Assembly (NCBI GenBank): GCA_037441385.1
Contig: JBBISH010000143.1
Span: 1-14,568, forward strand
Length of the DNA: 14,568 bases
Source of the DNA: Myxococcales bacterium
GTDB taxonomy: Bacteria > Myxococcota_A > UBA9042
Reading direction: 5' to 3'
Every line of letters starts with the position of its first letter. Positions within the stretch are counted from its first letter, which is position 1. Positions 1-7,754 of the stretch are shown here, piece after piece. The translations under genes and the position numbers were made by a program. Under the pieces are notes generated by a model that saw nothing but the letters and a program-made list of their open reading frames with translations, searched no databases and was not told the origin of the DNA.

Positions 1-99
1 CGGAGCCGGAGGCGCAGGCGGAGCCGGGGGCGCGGGCGGAGCCGGAGGCGCAGGCGGTGCGGGCGGGGCGGGCGGGGCGGGAGGCGTGGGGTCTGGCAT
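1..99 (-). CDS. Partial CDS (N-terminus MPDPT(PPA)9P...), probable capsid scaffolding protein; absent from the ORF track
   Basis: ATG at 99 is preceded by SD GGAG (108-111) and the frame is open to the window edge. A Pro/Ala low-complexity N-terminus downstream of portal suggests a scaffold (synteny inference). Confidence 0.7.
   Translation of the reverse strand, partial: MPDPTPPAPPAPPAPPAPPAPPAPPAPPAPPAP
4..84 (-). repeat. 9-bp coding tandem repeat, nine Pro-Pro-Ala units, continuing off the window
   Basis: Read directly as (CCN CCN GCN)x9 with synonymous variation. Confidence 0.9.
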
Positions 100-123
100 C
101 GTGGTTTCTCCAGCCGCGACAGG

Positions 124-167
124 CGGCGTCAGGCTGGAGCGTAGGGCTGGCCAAACCAGCAGGTCAG
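124..167 (-). promoter_or_regulatory. Putative phage late promoter, copy 1: CTGACC-N13-AGCCCTACGCT-N7-GACGCCG
   Basis: The same blocks recur at 5644-5686 (same N13 spacer, N6 instead of N7). CTGACC-N18-TACGCT has -35/-10 geometry, and TACGCT ends 38 nt before the ATG in both copies. Confidence 0.7.
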
Positions 168-961
168 AGGGCGCGGCGCAGCTTGGCCCAAAGCGCCGGA
201 TCACCAGCCGGACGCTCTGCCAGCTGGCTCACTTCGCTGACGGCCAAGCGACCCGCACGCAGCGCAGCGATCATCGCATCGAGCACCAGGTTGGCGGCCA
301 GGTCCTGCACCACATCGTTGCAGGCCTCCAGCTCGCTGAGCTTGGGTGCCAACACGTTGACCTTCTTGGACTCCAGTACCGACCACGCCTTGAAGTTGTT
401 GGTCACCCGTGCGTCGTCGCGCATGTACTTCGCAAAGAAGTTGGTAAGGCGGTTCAGCGCGTTGCGCTTTGCGCCCTTGCTCGTGAGCGCGGCGATCCGG
501 GTTTTCTCGGCCTGGTACAGCTTCGCCACTTCCTTGATGGGTTTGCGCCACTGTACGGACTGTGCCTGGCTCGAACCGGTGAACTCTGTCGTGGTTTGGC
601 TTAGGCCGACGTTGCGCGTGCGCATGGAGCGCCACATGCCCGCCGAGCCGAGAAACTGCCCAACGCGCATGTGCAGCGCCGCGTGTGCCTCGGCCGAGCT
701 GCGGTAGACCACCTTGTCGCCAGACAGACCAAGCGACCGCTGGTACGCGCGACTGATGCGCACCTTGCGCCGCTTGCTGCTGTAGGGCGCCACGGGCGTG
801 CCAACGTCCGCGCGCTGAATGGCCCGCTCGCGCACATGCTCATGCAGCACCCCGGCCACCTTGACGGCAAGGTCGAGCCGGGAAAGGTTCTCGCCTTTCT
901 TCTTGAGTTCCGCCGCTTTGCCGACCAGCTGGGCGGGAGCGGGTTCAATCTTGATCATCAT
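164..961 (-). CDS. Basic hypothetical protein, possibly virion morphogenesis / head-tail completion (265 aa)
   Basis: Start moved to ATG 961, which overlaps the portal stop as ATGA. GTPVAPYS...GSAGMWRS loosely resembles phage virion morphogenesis proteins; the function call is weak. Confidence 0.6.
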   Translation of the reverse strand: MMIKIEPAPAQLVGKAAELKKKGENLSRLDLAVKVAGVLHEHVRERAIQRADVGTPVAPYSSKRRKVRISRAYQRSLGLSGDKVVYRSSAEAHAALHMRVGQFLGSAGMWRSMRTRNVGLSQTTTEFTGSSQAQSVQWRKPIKEVAKLYQAEKTRIAALTSKGAKRNALNRLTNFFAKYMRDDARVTNNFKAWSVLESKKVNVLAPKLSELEACNDVVQDLAANLVLDAMIAALRAGRLAVSEVSQLAERPAGDPALWAKLRRAL

Positions 962-2448
962 CCACCTGCTGGCCCAGAACCAGTGGGCGCCGCCGGCAAC
1001 GCGCCGAGCAACCTCGTGGTCAGCTTGAGGTTTTCCACAACGCGCTGCTCGGCCGAGGCCGGGTCCAGGTTGTCGCGCCGGCTGAGGTACGCCGCCGGAT
1101 TGTCCTCGCCGTTGCGGTACTGCGCTTGGCGCGCCGCGGCAGCCGTCTCGGGTTCGGCATCCACGAGCCAGTCGCTCCAGTTGACGATCACATCGAGATC
1201 GTCGGGAAGTCGCTGCGAGTCGAACTGGTTCAGCACGCGAACGATCCACACCACGAGCTGCGACTCGGCGCGGTTGAGCGCAACCAAGTACTGCGCCCTG
1301 CGCACCGCCTGGTCGTGTCGGTCCAGGGTCTTGCTCTGCGTGTTGCTGTAAACCTTCATGAACCAGTCGGCCGGAAGTCCGCGCATCACCGCAAACAGCT
1401 TTAGGTTTTGCTCGTTGTGGTTGTCGAACTCCGCCACCTGCAGCTGCGTGTGAACCGCGGAAATCTCCGTGCCGATGGGCAGGCCCACCCAGTGCTCGGG
1501 CCCAGACGGCATACCCGTGGTGTCGACGTAGTTGCCCTTGGTGGTCGCGGCGTTTTCGTCAGTAGACTTGATGACCTTGGTGGGGAACCCCGAGTGCTTG
1601 ATGCTGTGGTCCGTCGACCCGTTGGCCAGGCACAGCGACAGGACCTCGGCCAGCAGGCTCTGGTCCACGTTGGCGGCAAAGTCGCCCTTGGGCGGCTCCT
1701 CGCCGCGAAGGTCGATGACCGGGTATTGGCCGCCGAACTGGTTGGTCAGGTCGTTCACGTCCTTGTTGTAGGGGTTGTACTTGGACCCGTCGTCGCGCTC
1801 GATGTAGATCTGCAGCGAATTCATGATCAGCTTGCCGTACTGAATGCCATCGCCGTCGTTGCTGACCGGCACGCGCAGCCGAATCTCGGCAGCCTTCTGT
1901 GGGTCGTCGGCGTTGAGCGGGTCGCCAGGCGTGACCTCGAACTCGTAGGGGCAGAAGCTGTGCAGCTTGACCTGGCGGATGTCCTTGGGCATCACCACCA
2001 CCAGCACCGTGTTCTGGGTCACCACCTTGCGCAGCGCCGACTTCATCGCGTCGTCGATGGCGCTGCGAGCGTACACGTCCTTGAGCTTGTTGAACTCTTC
2101 CGGCTTGAGCTGGCGCTCAGCAAGCGCCGTGGTGAAGTAGCGCCGCGGCGGCCGGTCGTAGTGCGTCGCCACGTCGCCCACCCAGCGCTTGACCAGGGGA
2201 ATGAAGCGCGGGCGCATCTCGTTGGCGTGCTTGTAGTCGCGCTTCATCGCCGACAGGATGCAGGCGTAGTTGCCCGCGGTCAGCTGGTCGAGCGCGATGC
2301 TCTGGCGCCGCCGGCTGGTGTACGTGTCGTCAAACTGACCGTCCCAGGTGGAGGCCTGCTCGCCGGGCCCAGAGGTCCGGTCGGACTGCCACATCGCCGA
2401 CCACATCGACCGCAACCGCGCGAGAATGCCAATGTTCTGATTTGCCAT
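958..2448 (-). CDS. Phage portal protein (496 aa)
   Basis: Lies immediately after terL and has typical portal size. The C-terminal V.W.D..VD...AA...Q...G segment is portal-like. The call rests mainly on synteny. Confidence 0.8.
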   Translation of the reverse strand: MANQNIGILARLRSMWSAMWQSDRTSGPGEQASTWDGQFDDTYTSRRRQSIALDQLTAGNYACILSAMKRDYKHANEMRPRFIPLVKRWVGDVATHYDRPPRRYFTTALAERQLKPEEFNKLKDVYARSAIDDAMKSALRKVVTQNTVLVVVMPKDIRQVKLHSFCPYEFEVTPGDPLNADDPQKAAEIRLRVPVSNDGDGIQYGKLIMNSLQIYIERDDGSKYNPYNKDVNDLTNQFGGQYPVIDLRGEEPPKGDFAANVDQSLLAEVLSLCLANGSTDHSIKHSGFPTKVIKSTDENAATTKGNYVDTTGMPSGPEHWVGLPIGTEISAVHTQLQVAEFDNHNEQNLKLFAVMRGLPADWFMKVYSNTQSKTLDRHDQAVRRAQYLVALNRAESQLVVWIVRVLNQFDSQRLPDDLDVIVNWSDWLVDAEPETAAAARQAQYRNGEDNPAAYLSRRDNLDPASAEQRVVENLKLTTRLLGALPAAPTGSGPAGG

Positions 2449-2450
2449 GG

Positions 2451-3899
2451 TTAGAACCTATCCTGTTTCGAGTGCTGCCCGTCGCCCGGCTCGGAGTAGC
2501 CGTCTGGCCCCAAACCGTACATCGCCGGCAGCGTCAAATGCAGACGCGAGTCGCGGCGGGCGCCGACCCAGCCGTAACGCAGCGCATCCACGGAGTGCTT
2601 GTGCTCGTTGTCGACCACCACCGGCTTGGGGAACCCGGCCTTGTCGACCTCCCACCGGAACGCCAAAATCGACGGCCGAATACCCGGCGTCTCGCCGCGG
2701 CTCTCCGCTGCCAGCGACTTGGCGAACACAATGCGCGGCGGCCGGCCTGGAGGGTCGAAGGCGTCGCGCAGCATCTCCAGGCCATTGTTGACCCGCTGCT
2801 CGCTGCTCGTTTCCATGGTGATCACCTGAGTTTCGCCGGCAAGCAGGCGCCGCAGGAACCCGTTTTCAGTCACCACCGCGCGATCGGCACATGCCAGCAG
2901 CGGCTTGCTGTTCTTGCGCTTGAGCCAGTCGGCCAGCAGCGTCCGGAACTTGGACTGGTTGAGTCGGCCGTCCGGCAGGTCGCTGGCCTGCGGCACCAGC
3001 TCGTCGGCGACGACCCACTGCTTGGTGATGGGGTTGACGCGGATGTCCAGCGCCACGCAGCCCTTGGTGTCGCCCCAATCGACAGCTAGGACCCACGGCC
3101 ATTTGCGGTGCTCCGCGGTTCGCCAGTCGAAGTCGACCAGGTGCCGCTCGTCGAGCTCGGGGAAAACCACGTGCTCGGGCTTGAGGATCTCGCCGTCGAT
3201 TTCCTGAGCTGCACGCCGAGTACTCATGTTCTCGCGCCAGGCCGCGATGTCCTGCCGGTCCAGGTGCGGGTTGTCGTAGCTGGTGGCGCGGACCACAAAA
3301 TAGCGAATCGCCTCGCCGGTTTGAACAGCGCGATCCTGGGCGTCGCCGAATCGCCGGATGACCGGTGTCACGCCGCGGGGGCTGCAGGTGATGAGCACCT
3401 GTTTGCACGTGCCGATGCGCACGCGCCCGTCCACCACGTCGAACACGTCGCCGTCGTCCACGCCGGAAAAGAACAGCTCGTCCAGCCAGACCCAGGCGTA
3501 CTCCGGGCCGCGCAATTTGTCGTACTGGATGAACCCGCGGAACACGGCCGAGCTGCCGTTGATCAGGGTCAGGATGTTGTTGAGCTTGTCGAACTTGCGA
3601 ACCAGCTGCAGGCCTGTCTCGGCGTGGAACCGGTCGAGCAGCTCCAGCACGCGCGTGGCCAGCTGGTCCATCGCGTCTTTCTTTTCGGTGCGGCCGAGGA
3701 TCGCGCCGCGGTACCCAGGCGACCAGCACAGCATGTGCATGATCGCCCAGGCCGCGCCCGTGTAGGTCTTGCCCGCGCCGATGCCCGCCAAGAACAGCAG
3801 GTAGCGCTGCTCGGCCGCCAGGATGCGCGCCTGCTGATGGTAGGGCGCCAGGATTTTCTGCATGTCGACGTGCAGAGCCCCGTTGATGAGCGCGCTCAC
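2451..3899 (-). CDS. terL: Terminase large subunit (482 aa)
   Basis: Q-motif PYHQQ, Walker A AGIGAGKT, Walker B WVWLDE, SYDNPHL, and nuclease motifs AVDWG and HSVDALRY. GTG start overlaps the upstream stop. Confidence 0.96.
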   Translation of the reverse strand: MSALINGALHVDMQKILAPYHQQARILAAEQRYLLFLAGIGAGKTYTGAAWAIMHMLCWSPGYRGAILGRTEKKDAMDQLATRVLELLDRFHAETGLQLVRKFDKLNNILTLINGSSAVFRGFIQYDKLRGPEYAWVWLDELFFSGVDDGDVFDVVDGRVRIGTCKQVLITCSPRGVTPVIRRFGDAQDRAVQTGEAIRYFVVRATSYDNPHLDRQDIAAWRENMSTRRAAQEIDGEILKPEHVVFPELDERHLVDFDWRTAEHRKWPWVLAVDWGDTKGCVALDIRVNPITKQWVVADELVPQASDLPDGRLNQSKFRTLLADWLKRKNSKPLLACADRAVVTENGFLRRLLAGETQVITMETSSEQRVNNGLEMLRDAFDPPGRPPRIVFAKSLAAESRGETPGIRPSILAFRWEVDKAGFPKPVVVDNEHKHSVDALRYGWVGARRDSRLHLTLPAMYGLGPDGYSEPGDGQHSKQDRF

Positions 3900-4468
3900 T
3901 TCGTCACCAGGCGGTCGCCGCCGGCGCCAGTCGGGTGTGTGGGCGGATCGGGCACGCCGGCCGGACGCTCGCCGTTGGGGATCGCCGACTCGGTAATGGC
4001 GGCGCGCCCGCCAGGAAACTCGATGACCACTTTGTTGGGCAGGCCGCCGCCGCGGACGCGGTAGGCCTCCGCCACCTCCAGCGTCAGCTTGGCGATCTTG
4101 ACCTGGATGAGCATGGCCTCGCCCAGGCTCAGCTCGCGCTCGCCTTCCTTGGGCTTCTTGAGCCCCTCAGCCAGCAATAGCTGCAACGCCATGAGCTGGG
4201 CAACCACGTCTTCCAGGCTGATGTTCGCCACCGCGCGGAGCGTTTTGGAGTAGGCGTCGGCCGCGCCTTTTCCGACCGCTTCTTGCACCAGGCGCCGCGA
4301 GGTCGCCGCCATGCCGGACATGGCTGGAGTCCTTGTCTTTTTCGCCTCGGCGTCCTCGTTCTTGCGCACCAAGGCCGCATACGGTTCAGCCTTCGCCGTC
4401 CGTTTGCTCTTGAAAGTCCCAGGCTTAGTTGGGTCTTTTCGCGCCAAACGGCCCTCGCGAAGTGGCAC
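3896..4468 (-). CDS. Putative terminase small subunit (start uncertain: GTG 4468, or ATG 4321 with SD AAGGA)
   Basis: Coupled to terL by GTGA. Basic N-terminus, helical core and a C-terminal KVVIEF strand. Synteny-based call. Confidence 0.6.
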   Translation of the reverse strand: MPLREGRLARKDPTKPGTFKSKRTAKAEPYAALVRKNEDAEAKKTRTPAMSGMAATSRRLVQEAVGKGAADAYSKTLRAVANISLEDVVAQLMALQLLLAEGLKKPKEGERELSLGEAMLIQVKIAKLTLEVAEAYRVRGGGLPNKVVIEFPGGRAAITESAIPNGERPAGVPDPPTHPTGAGGDRLVTK

Positions 4469-4540
4469 ACAAAAGCGCCGGTTTGTTCCTGTGGTTTCGC
4501 TCGGTTGCCGGCCGTTCGCCGTGTGCGCTCAAATGCGCTG

Positions 4541-4580
4541 TAAGTCCTTGATCACTGGTCGGGAAAATTTTGCAGTTTTT
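4541..4580 (-). promoter_or_regulatory. Candidate IHF-binding site upstream of terS
   Basis: Minus strand reads AAAAACTGCAAAATTTT-N10-GATCAAGGACTTA. This matches WATCAAnnnnTTR except at the first base and has an upstream A/T tract. Confidence 0.5.
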
Positions 4581-4619
4581 CCGGAGTCGCCAGCCCGCGG
4601 TTTCACCCCCGCCCCTTGT

Positions 4620-4669
4620 AAAAAAGCCGAGGGGGTGCCGGCCCTTTCGAGTCGGCACCCCCTGCAGCT
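4620..4669 (-). terminator. Intrinsic terminator after the repeat-protein gene
   Basis: AGGGGGTGCCGAC-TCGAAAGG-GCCGGCACCCCCT hairpin followed by CGGCTTTTTT on the minus strand. Confidence 0.8.
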
Positions 4670-4694
4670 CCGGCCAGGTGGCGGCCATGATGGA

Positions 4695-5618
4695 CTAGGC
4701 GACCGGGATGACCCGGATCACGCCGCGCACCGCGCAGTCGCCGCCCGCACCGCCGTTGGTGCCCGACAGCCGCAGCGTCGAACCCTGCGGAACGATGCGC
4801 TTGGTGCGGTCGATGGTGATGCCGGTGATGGTCGAGTGCTCGGTGGTGCCGTTCAGGTTCTTGACCGCCGTCAGGATGCTGACGCCGTCGACCTGCACGT
4901 CGAGCTGGTCGCCCGCGTTGGCCGACGCCGCCGAGGTCTTCCACAGGTCCAGACCGACCACCTCGTACTTGCGATCGGTCACCACGCCGTTGACCGAGGT
5001 GGCCGAGGTGGTCTCCAGCGGGTAGTCCGCCTGCGCCGCCGGCTTGGTGGCCACGGGCGCGTTGGTGCCATCGACGGCGTTGACCAGCTTGCTCGAGTCC
5101 ACCGACGCCGAGGCCAGCTTGGCCAGGGTGACATTGGCGTCCTTGATCTTGGCCGTCTCCACCGCATCGGCCGCCAGCTTGGCCGCCGTGACATTGGCGT
5201 CCTTGATCTTGGCCGTCTCCACCGCATCGGCCGCCAGCTTGGCCGCCGTGACATTGGCGTCCTTGATCTTGGCCGTCTCCACCGCATCGGCCGCCAGCTT
5301 GGCCGCGGTCACCTGGCCATCCGCAATGGCCTGGGTGGTGATGTCCCGCTCGGCCTCGTCGGGGCACGCCTCGGGGCGCTCGTAGGCGGTCACGCGGTAG
5401 CCGCCGCTCGCGCCGTTGATGGTGGGGCTTTGGGCCGCCGTCTTGACCGGGAACCCTTCGCCGGCCTTGACGGTGATGGCCTCGCCACCGATGGTGAAAG
5501 TCATGTCCACGCCGCCGTCGTTCTTGACGTACCAGCCGCCGGCCATGAAGCCGGCATTGAGGGTATCGGCGCCGCCGTCGCAGGTGCCTTCAAACCGCTT
5601 GAATCGCGAGTTGATCAT
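4695..5618 (-). CDS. Putative virion fibre/decoration protein with VTAAKLAADAVETAKIKDAN repeats (307 aa)
   Basis: ATG 5618 has SD GGAG. Beta-rich N- and C-terminal domains flank 10-residue V-T-x-x-K-[LI]-x-x-x-[AN] repeats of the kind seen in phage tail/fibre (WIAG-tail-like) proteins. Confidence 0.7.
   Translation of the reverse strand: MINSRFKRFEGTCDGGADTLNAGFMAGGWYVKNDGGVDMTFTIGGEAITVKAGEGFPVKTAAQSPTINGASGGYRVTAYERPEACPDEAERDITTQAIADGQVTAAKLAADAVETAKIKDANVTAAKLAADAVETAKIKDANVTAAKLAADAVETAKIKDANVTLAKLASASVDSSKLVNAVDGTNAPVATKPAAQADYPLETTSATSVNGVVTDRKYEVVGLDLWKTSAASANAGDQLDVQVDGVSILTAVKNLNGTTEHSTITGITIDRTKRIVPQGSTLRLSGTNGGAGGDCAVRGVIRVIPVA
5128..5306. repeat. Perfect 60-bp tandem repeat, about 3 copies, in frame
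   Basis: Sequence lines 5161 and 5221 are identical; identity extends from 5128 to 5306. Confidence 0.97.
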
Positions 5619-5643
5619 TGTAGTGCTCCGCGCCGGAATGTAA

Positions 5644-5686
5644 CGGCGTCCTGCCAAGCGTAGGGCTCGCCGCGCGCGGGGGTCAG
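5644..5686 (-). promoter_or_regulatory. Putative phage late promoter, copy 2: CTGACC-N13-AGCCCTACGCT-N6-GACGCCG
   Basis: Matches 124-167 in three sequence blocks, in the N13 spacer and in distance to the downstream ATG. Confidence 0.7.
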
Positions 5687-5690
5687 GGAG

Positions 5691-6344
5691 CTACCCGGAC
5701 GTGTCGAGCCAGTGCGCCTGCAGGGCCAGCGCGGCCGCGGGCGAGGGCAGCTGCTTGGGGTACTGGCGCACCATGGCCTCCAGCAGGTCCAGGTTGGCGT
5801 GGCAATCGACCACGGCCGAGTGCGCCCGCCCTTGGTAGTCCAGGCCGAAGCGAGGCAGCATCATCGCCATGCGGTAGCCGCGGTCGAACCTAGCAGCGCC
5901 GTCGATGGCCTTGAGCAGGACCTTAACGTCGAGCCACATCGGGCTCCAGTGTCGCAGGCCAACCACGTCGCGAGTCATTTCCGCTGCGATCATGCTGTGA
6001 TCGTAGTCCGCGTTGTTGCCGATCCAGAGGCGGCGCGGGCGGGCAAAGTCGATGAGCTCGAACTGCGTCGGCAACCAAGCACCGATTGCCGGCGACTGCG
6101 CGACATCCTTGTCGCTGATGCCGTTGATGGCCGTCACCTTGGGCGGGATCGGCCGACGCGGGTTGAATCGCTGGTTGCAGTGCACGCTGCGTGCGCCGCC
6201 CAGCTGACACCGCACGGCGCCGATCTCGACGATGCGGTCATGGTGGGGCGACAACCCCGTGGTTTCGGTGTCGACCGACAGCAGCTCGGCAAACGTCCAG
6301 GTCGCCCACGTATGTTCAATGTCGGTGAAGTGCTTTGCGTTCAT
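5691..6344 (-). CDS. DEDDh 3'-5' exonuclease, DnaQ/epsilon-like (217 aa)
   Basis: ExoI DTETTG, IVEIGAV, ExoII GNNADYD, ExoIII AHSAVVD. ATG 6344 has SD AAGGA. Confidence 0.93.
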   Translation of the reverse strand: MNAKHFTDIEHTWATWTFAELLSVDTETTGLSPHHDRIVEIGAVRCQLGGARSVHCNQRFNPRRPIPPKVTAINGISDKDVAQSPAIGAWLPTQFELIDFARPRRLWIGNNADYDHSMIAAEMTRDVVGLRHWSPMWLDVKVLLKAIDGAARFDRGYRMAMMLPRFGLDYQGRAHSAVVDCHANLDLLEAMVRQYPKQLPSPAAALALQAHWLDTSG

Positions 6345-6379
6345 GGTGCTTCCTTTGCCCGTGTAGCTGGGTCCAGCTG

Positions 6380-6462
6380 TGTCACGAGGCGGGAATCGAA
6401 CCCGAACAGGTAGCAGCAACCTGCCGCGCTAGTCCCGCGGCCACCTTGGCTTCCTCGTGACA
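6380..6462 (-). ncRNA. Non-canonical tRNA-like RNA with a long variable arm
   Basis: Manual fold: acceptor-like TGTCACGAGG/CCTCGTGACA, D arm GCCA-AGG-TGGC, short arm GCG-GGACTAG-CGC, variable arm CAGGT-N7-ACCTG, T arm CGGG-TTCGATT-CCCG. No encoded CCA and no U33. Confidence 0.75.
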
Positions 6463-6466
6463 TTGT

Positions 6467-6491
6467 GCCCGGCCGGACCCTCCGACCGGGC
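6467..6491 (-). other. 11-bp GC-rich hairpin 4 nt upstream of the tRNA-like element
   Basis: GCCCGGTCGGA-GGG-TCCGGCCGGGC pairs fully only as the minus-strand RNA (one U-G pair). No U tract follows. Confidence 0.65.
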
Positions 6492-6568
6492 TGGGGGTTG
6501 CGACGTGCAGCGGCGCCTTGCTTCACCAACCACACACCCCACGTCCGCCGCGCGCAGCGGCAGCGTTC

Positions 6569-7750
6569 CTAAGCCTGCACGGCCTCGAACCCAACGCCCT
6601 GCTCCCGCCGCCGAAACCGCTTGGGCGCCTCGCACAGGCGCTTGGCCCAGGCCGCGGCAGTCGGGTGGGTGCAGTTGATGGCCAGGCGCAGCTGGTCCTG
6701 AATCCAGCCCATGCCGCGCCAGTGGTCGCGCAGGCCCTTGTCCAGCAGCAGCAGCTCCAGGTCGTCGGCGCTCGGGCTGACCAGGGTGACCACCTCGTTG
6801 TGGTACTCGTCTCGGCTGACCACGAACAGGTCAGGCCGGCTCGCCGCCAACGCGACCAGGGCCTCGTCGGTCAGATGGTTCAAACCTTCGGGGCCGATGA
6901 TGCGGCAGCGAAACGTCGCGAGCTGGCCGCCGCGGCTTTTGAGGAACGCGCGCAGCATCTCATCCGGCGGAACCTTGTCGGGCGCGGGCGGAGGCGTGGT
7001 GCCATCCTCCTCGTCCTCGTCGTCGTCGACGATCTCCGCGTCGACCACGTTCGACGGACCCTGCAAGAGCGGACGCTGGCTTTCCTCGTGCTCCAGCTCC
7101 CGCACGGGCGCGCACAGGCGAAGCCGGTCGACTACCACGCCATCGTCGTCGCACACGCCATCGACCGCCCCAGGCGCGGCCGGCGTAACCGGGGCCTGGT
7201 CCAGAATGCCAGGCAAGGGCTGCTCGCCTGGGTTCAACTTGGGCTGCTCGGGCGCCTTCTGAACCATGAACGCCACGATTCGCGCCTTGGCCTTGGCCAG
7301 GCACAGCTTGTTCAGCGCGGGAACCGCCTTGGCCGACATCTTGAAGTGAAAGTTTTCCTTTCCTTCCATGGACACCGAACACCGCTCTTGCGTCACACGG
7401 CCGATGCCGATCCACGTCGCAGCAGGGTGGCCATCCGGCATCGCGCGGGCCGCACACGCGTCGATGGTGTCGGTCGTCGCCTCGCTCGACAGCAACCAGC
7501 TCTCGACCCACACACATACCTCGCGGCCAACGTTCTCCCCAGGCTGGGGCATCGACAACGACGAGTGCGGGCGGAACTCGCCGCAACCGATGTCCAGCTG
7601 CCACCAGCCGGCCTCGGCGACCGATGACCGCCCCAGCTGCACGGCCATCCTGCCCTCCAGGTAGCGCGCCGGCTTGCCGTCCCAGCCGTTGATCAGGTCC
7701 CATTCCTTCTGCGCGTCTTGACGCAGGTCCACATCGTTCGCTTCGGTCAT
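6569..7750 (-). CDS. Hypothetical protein (393 aa): two probable domains joined by an acidic/Pro-rich linker
   Basis: ATG with SD GGAGG, coupled to the recU-like gene. Codon pattern is consistent with neighbours; no family recognised. Confidence 0.8.
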   Translation of the reverse strand: MTEANDVDLRQDAQKEWDLINGWDGKPARYLEGRMAVQLGRSSVAEAGWWQLDIGCGEFRPHSSLSMPQPGENVGREVCVWVESWLLSSEATTDTIDACAARAMPDGHPAATWIGIGRVTQERCSVSMEGKENFHFKMSAKAVPALNKLCLAKAKARIVAFMVQKAPEQPKLNPGEQPLPGILDQAPVTPAAPGAVDGVCDDDGVVVDRLRLCAPVRELEHEESQRPLLQGPSNVVDAEIVDDDEDEEDGTTPPPAPDKVPPDEMLRAFLKSRGGQLATFRCRIIGPEGLNHLTDEALVALAASRPDLFVVSRDEYHNEVVTLVSPSADDLELLLLDKGLRDHWRGMGWIQDQLRLAINCTHPTAAAWAKRLCEAPKRFRRREQGVGFEAVQA

Positions 7751-7754
7751 GACC

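Noticed and set aside
5128..5306. Possible CRISPR array
   Set aside because: The repeats are contiguous, have no spacers and are in frame in a protein.
6345..6419. ORF-track N-terminal extension of the exonuclease (likewise extended starts at 1249, 5657, 9318, 9827, 10644, 11825, 12088, 12773, 13003)
   Set aside because: These extensions overlap the RNA element or upstream genes or motifs. Downstream starts with an SD or ATGA/GTGA coupling fit better.
6380..6462. Canonical tRNA-Ser, tRNA-Sec, tRNA-Pyl or amber suppressor; or Y RNA / tmRNA
   Set aside because: There is no U33, CTA is off-register, there is no TCA anticodon and no CCA. Arm order is that of a normal cloverleaf, not the permuted YrlA layout, and no tag reading frame is evident.
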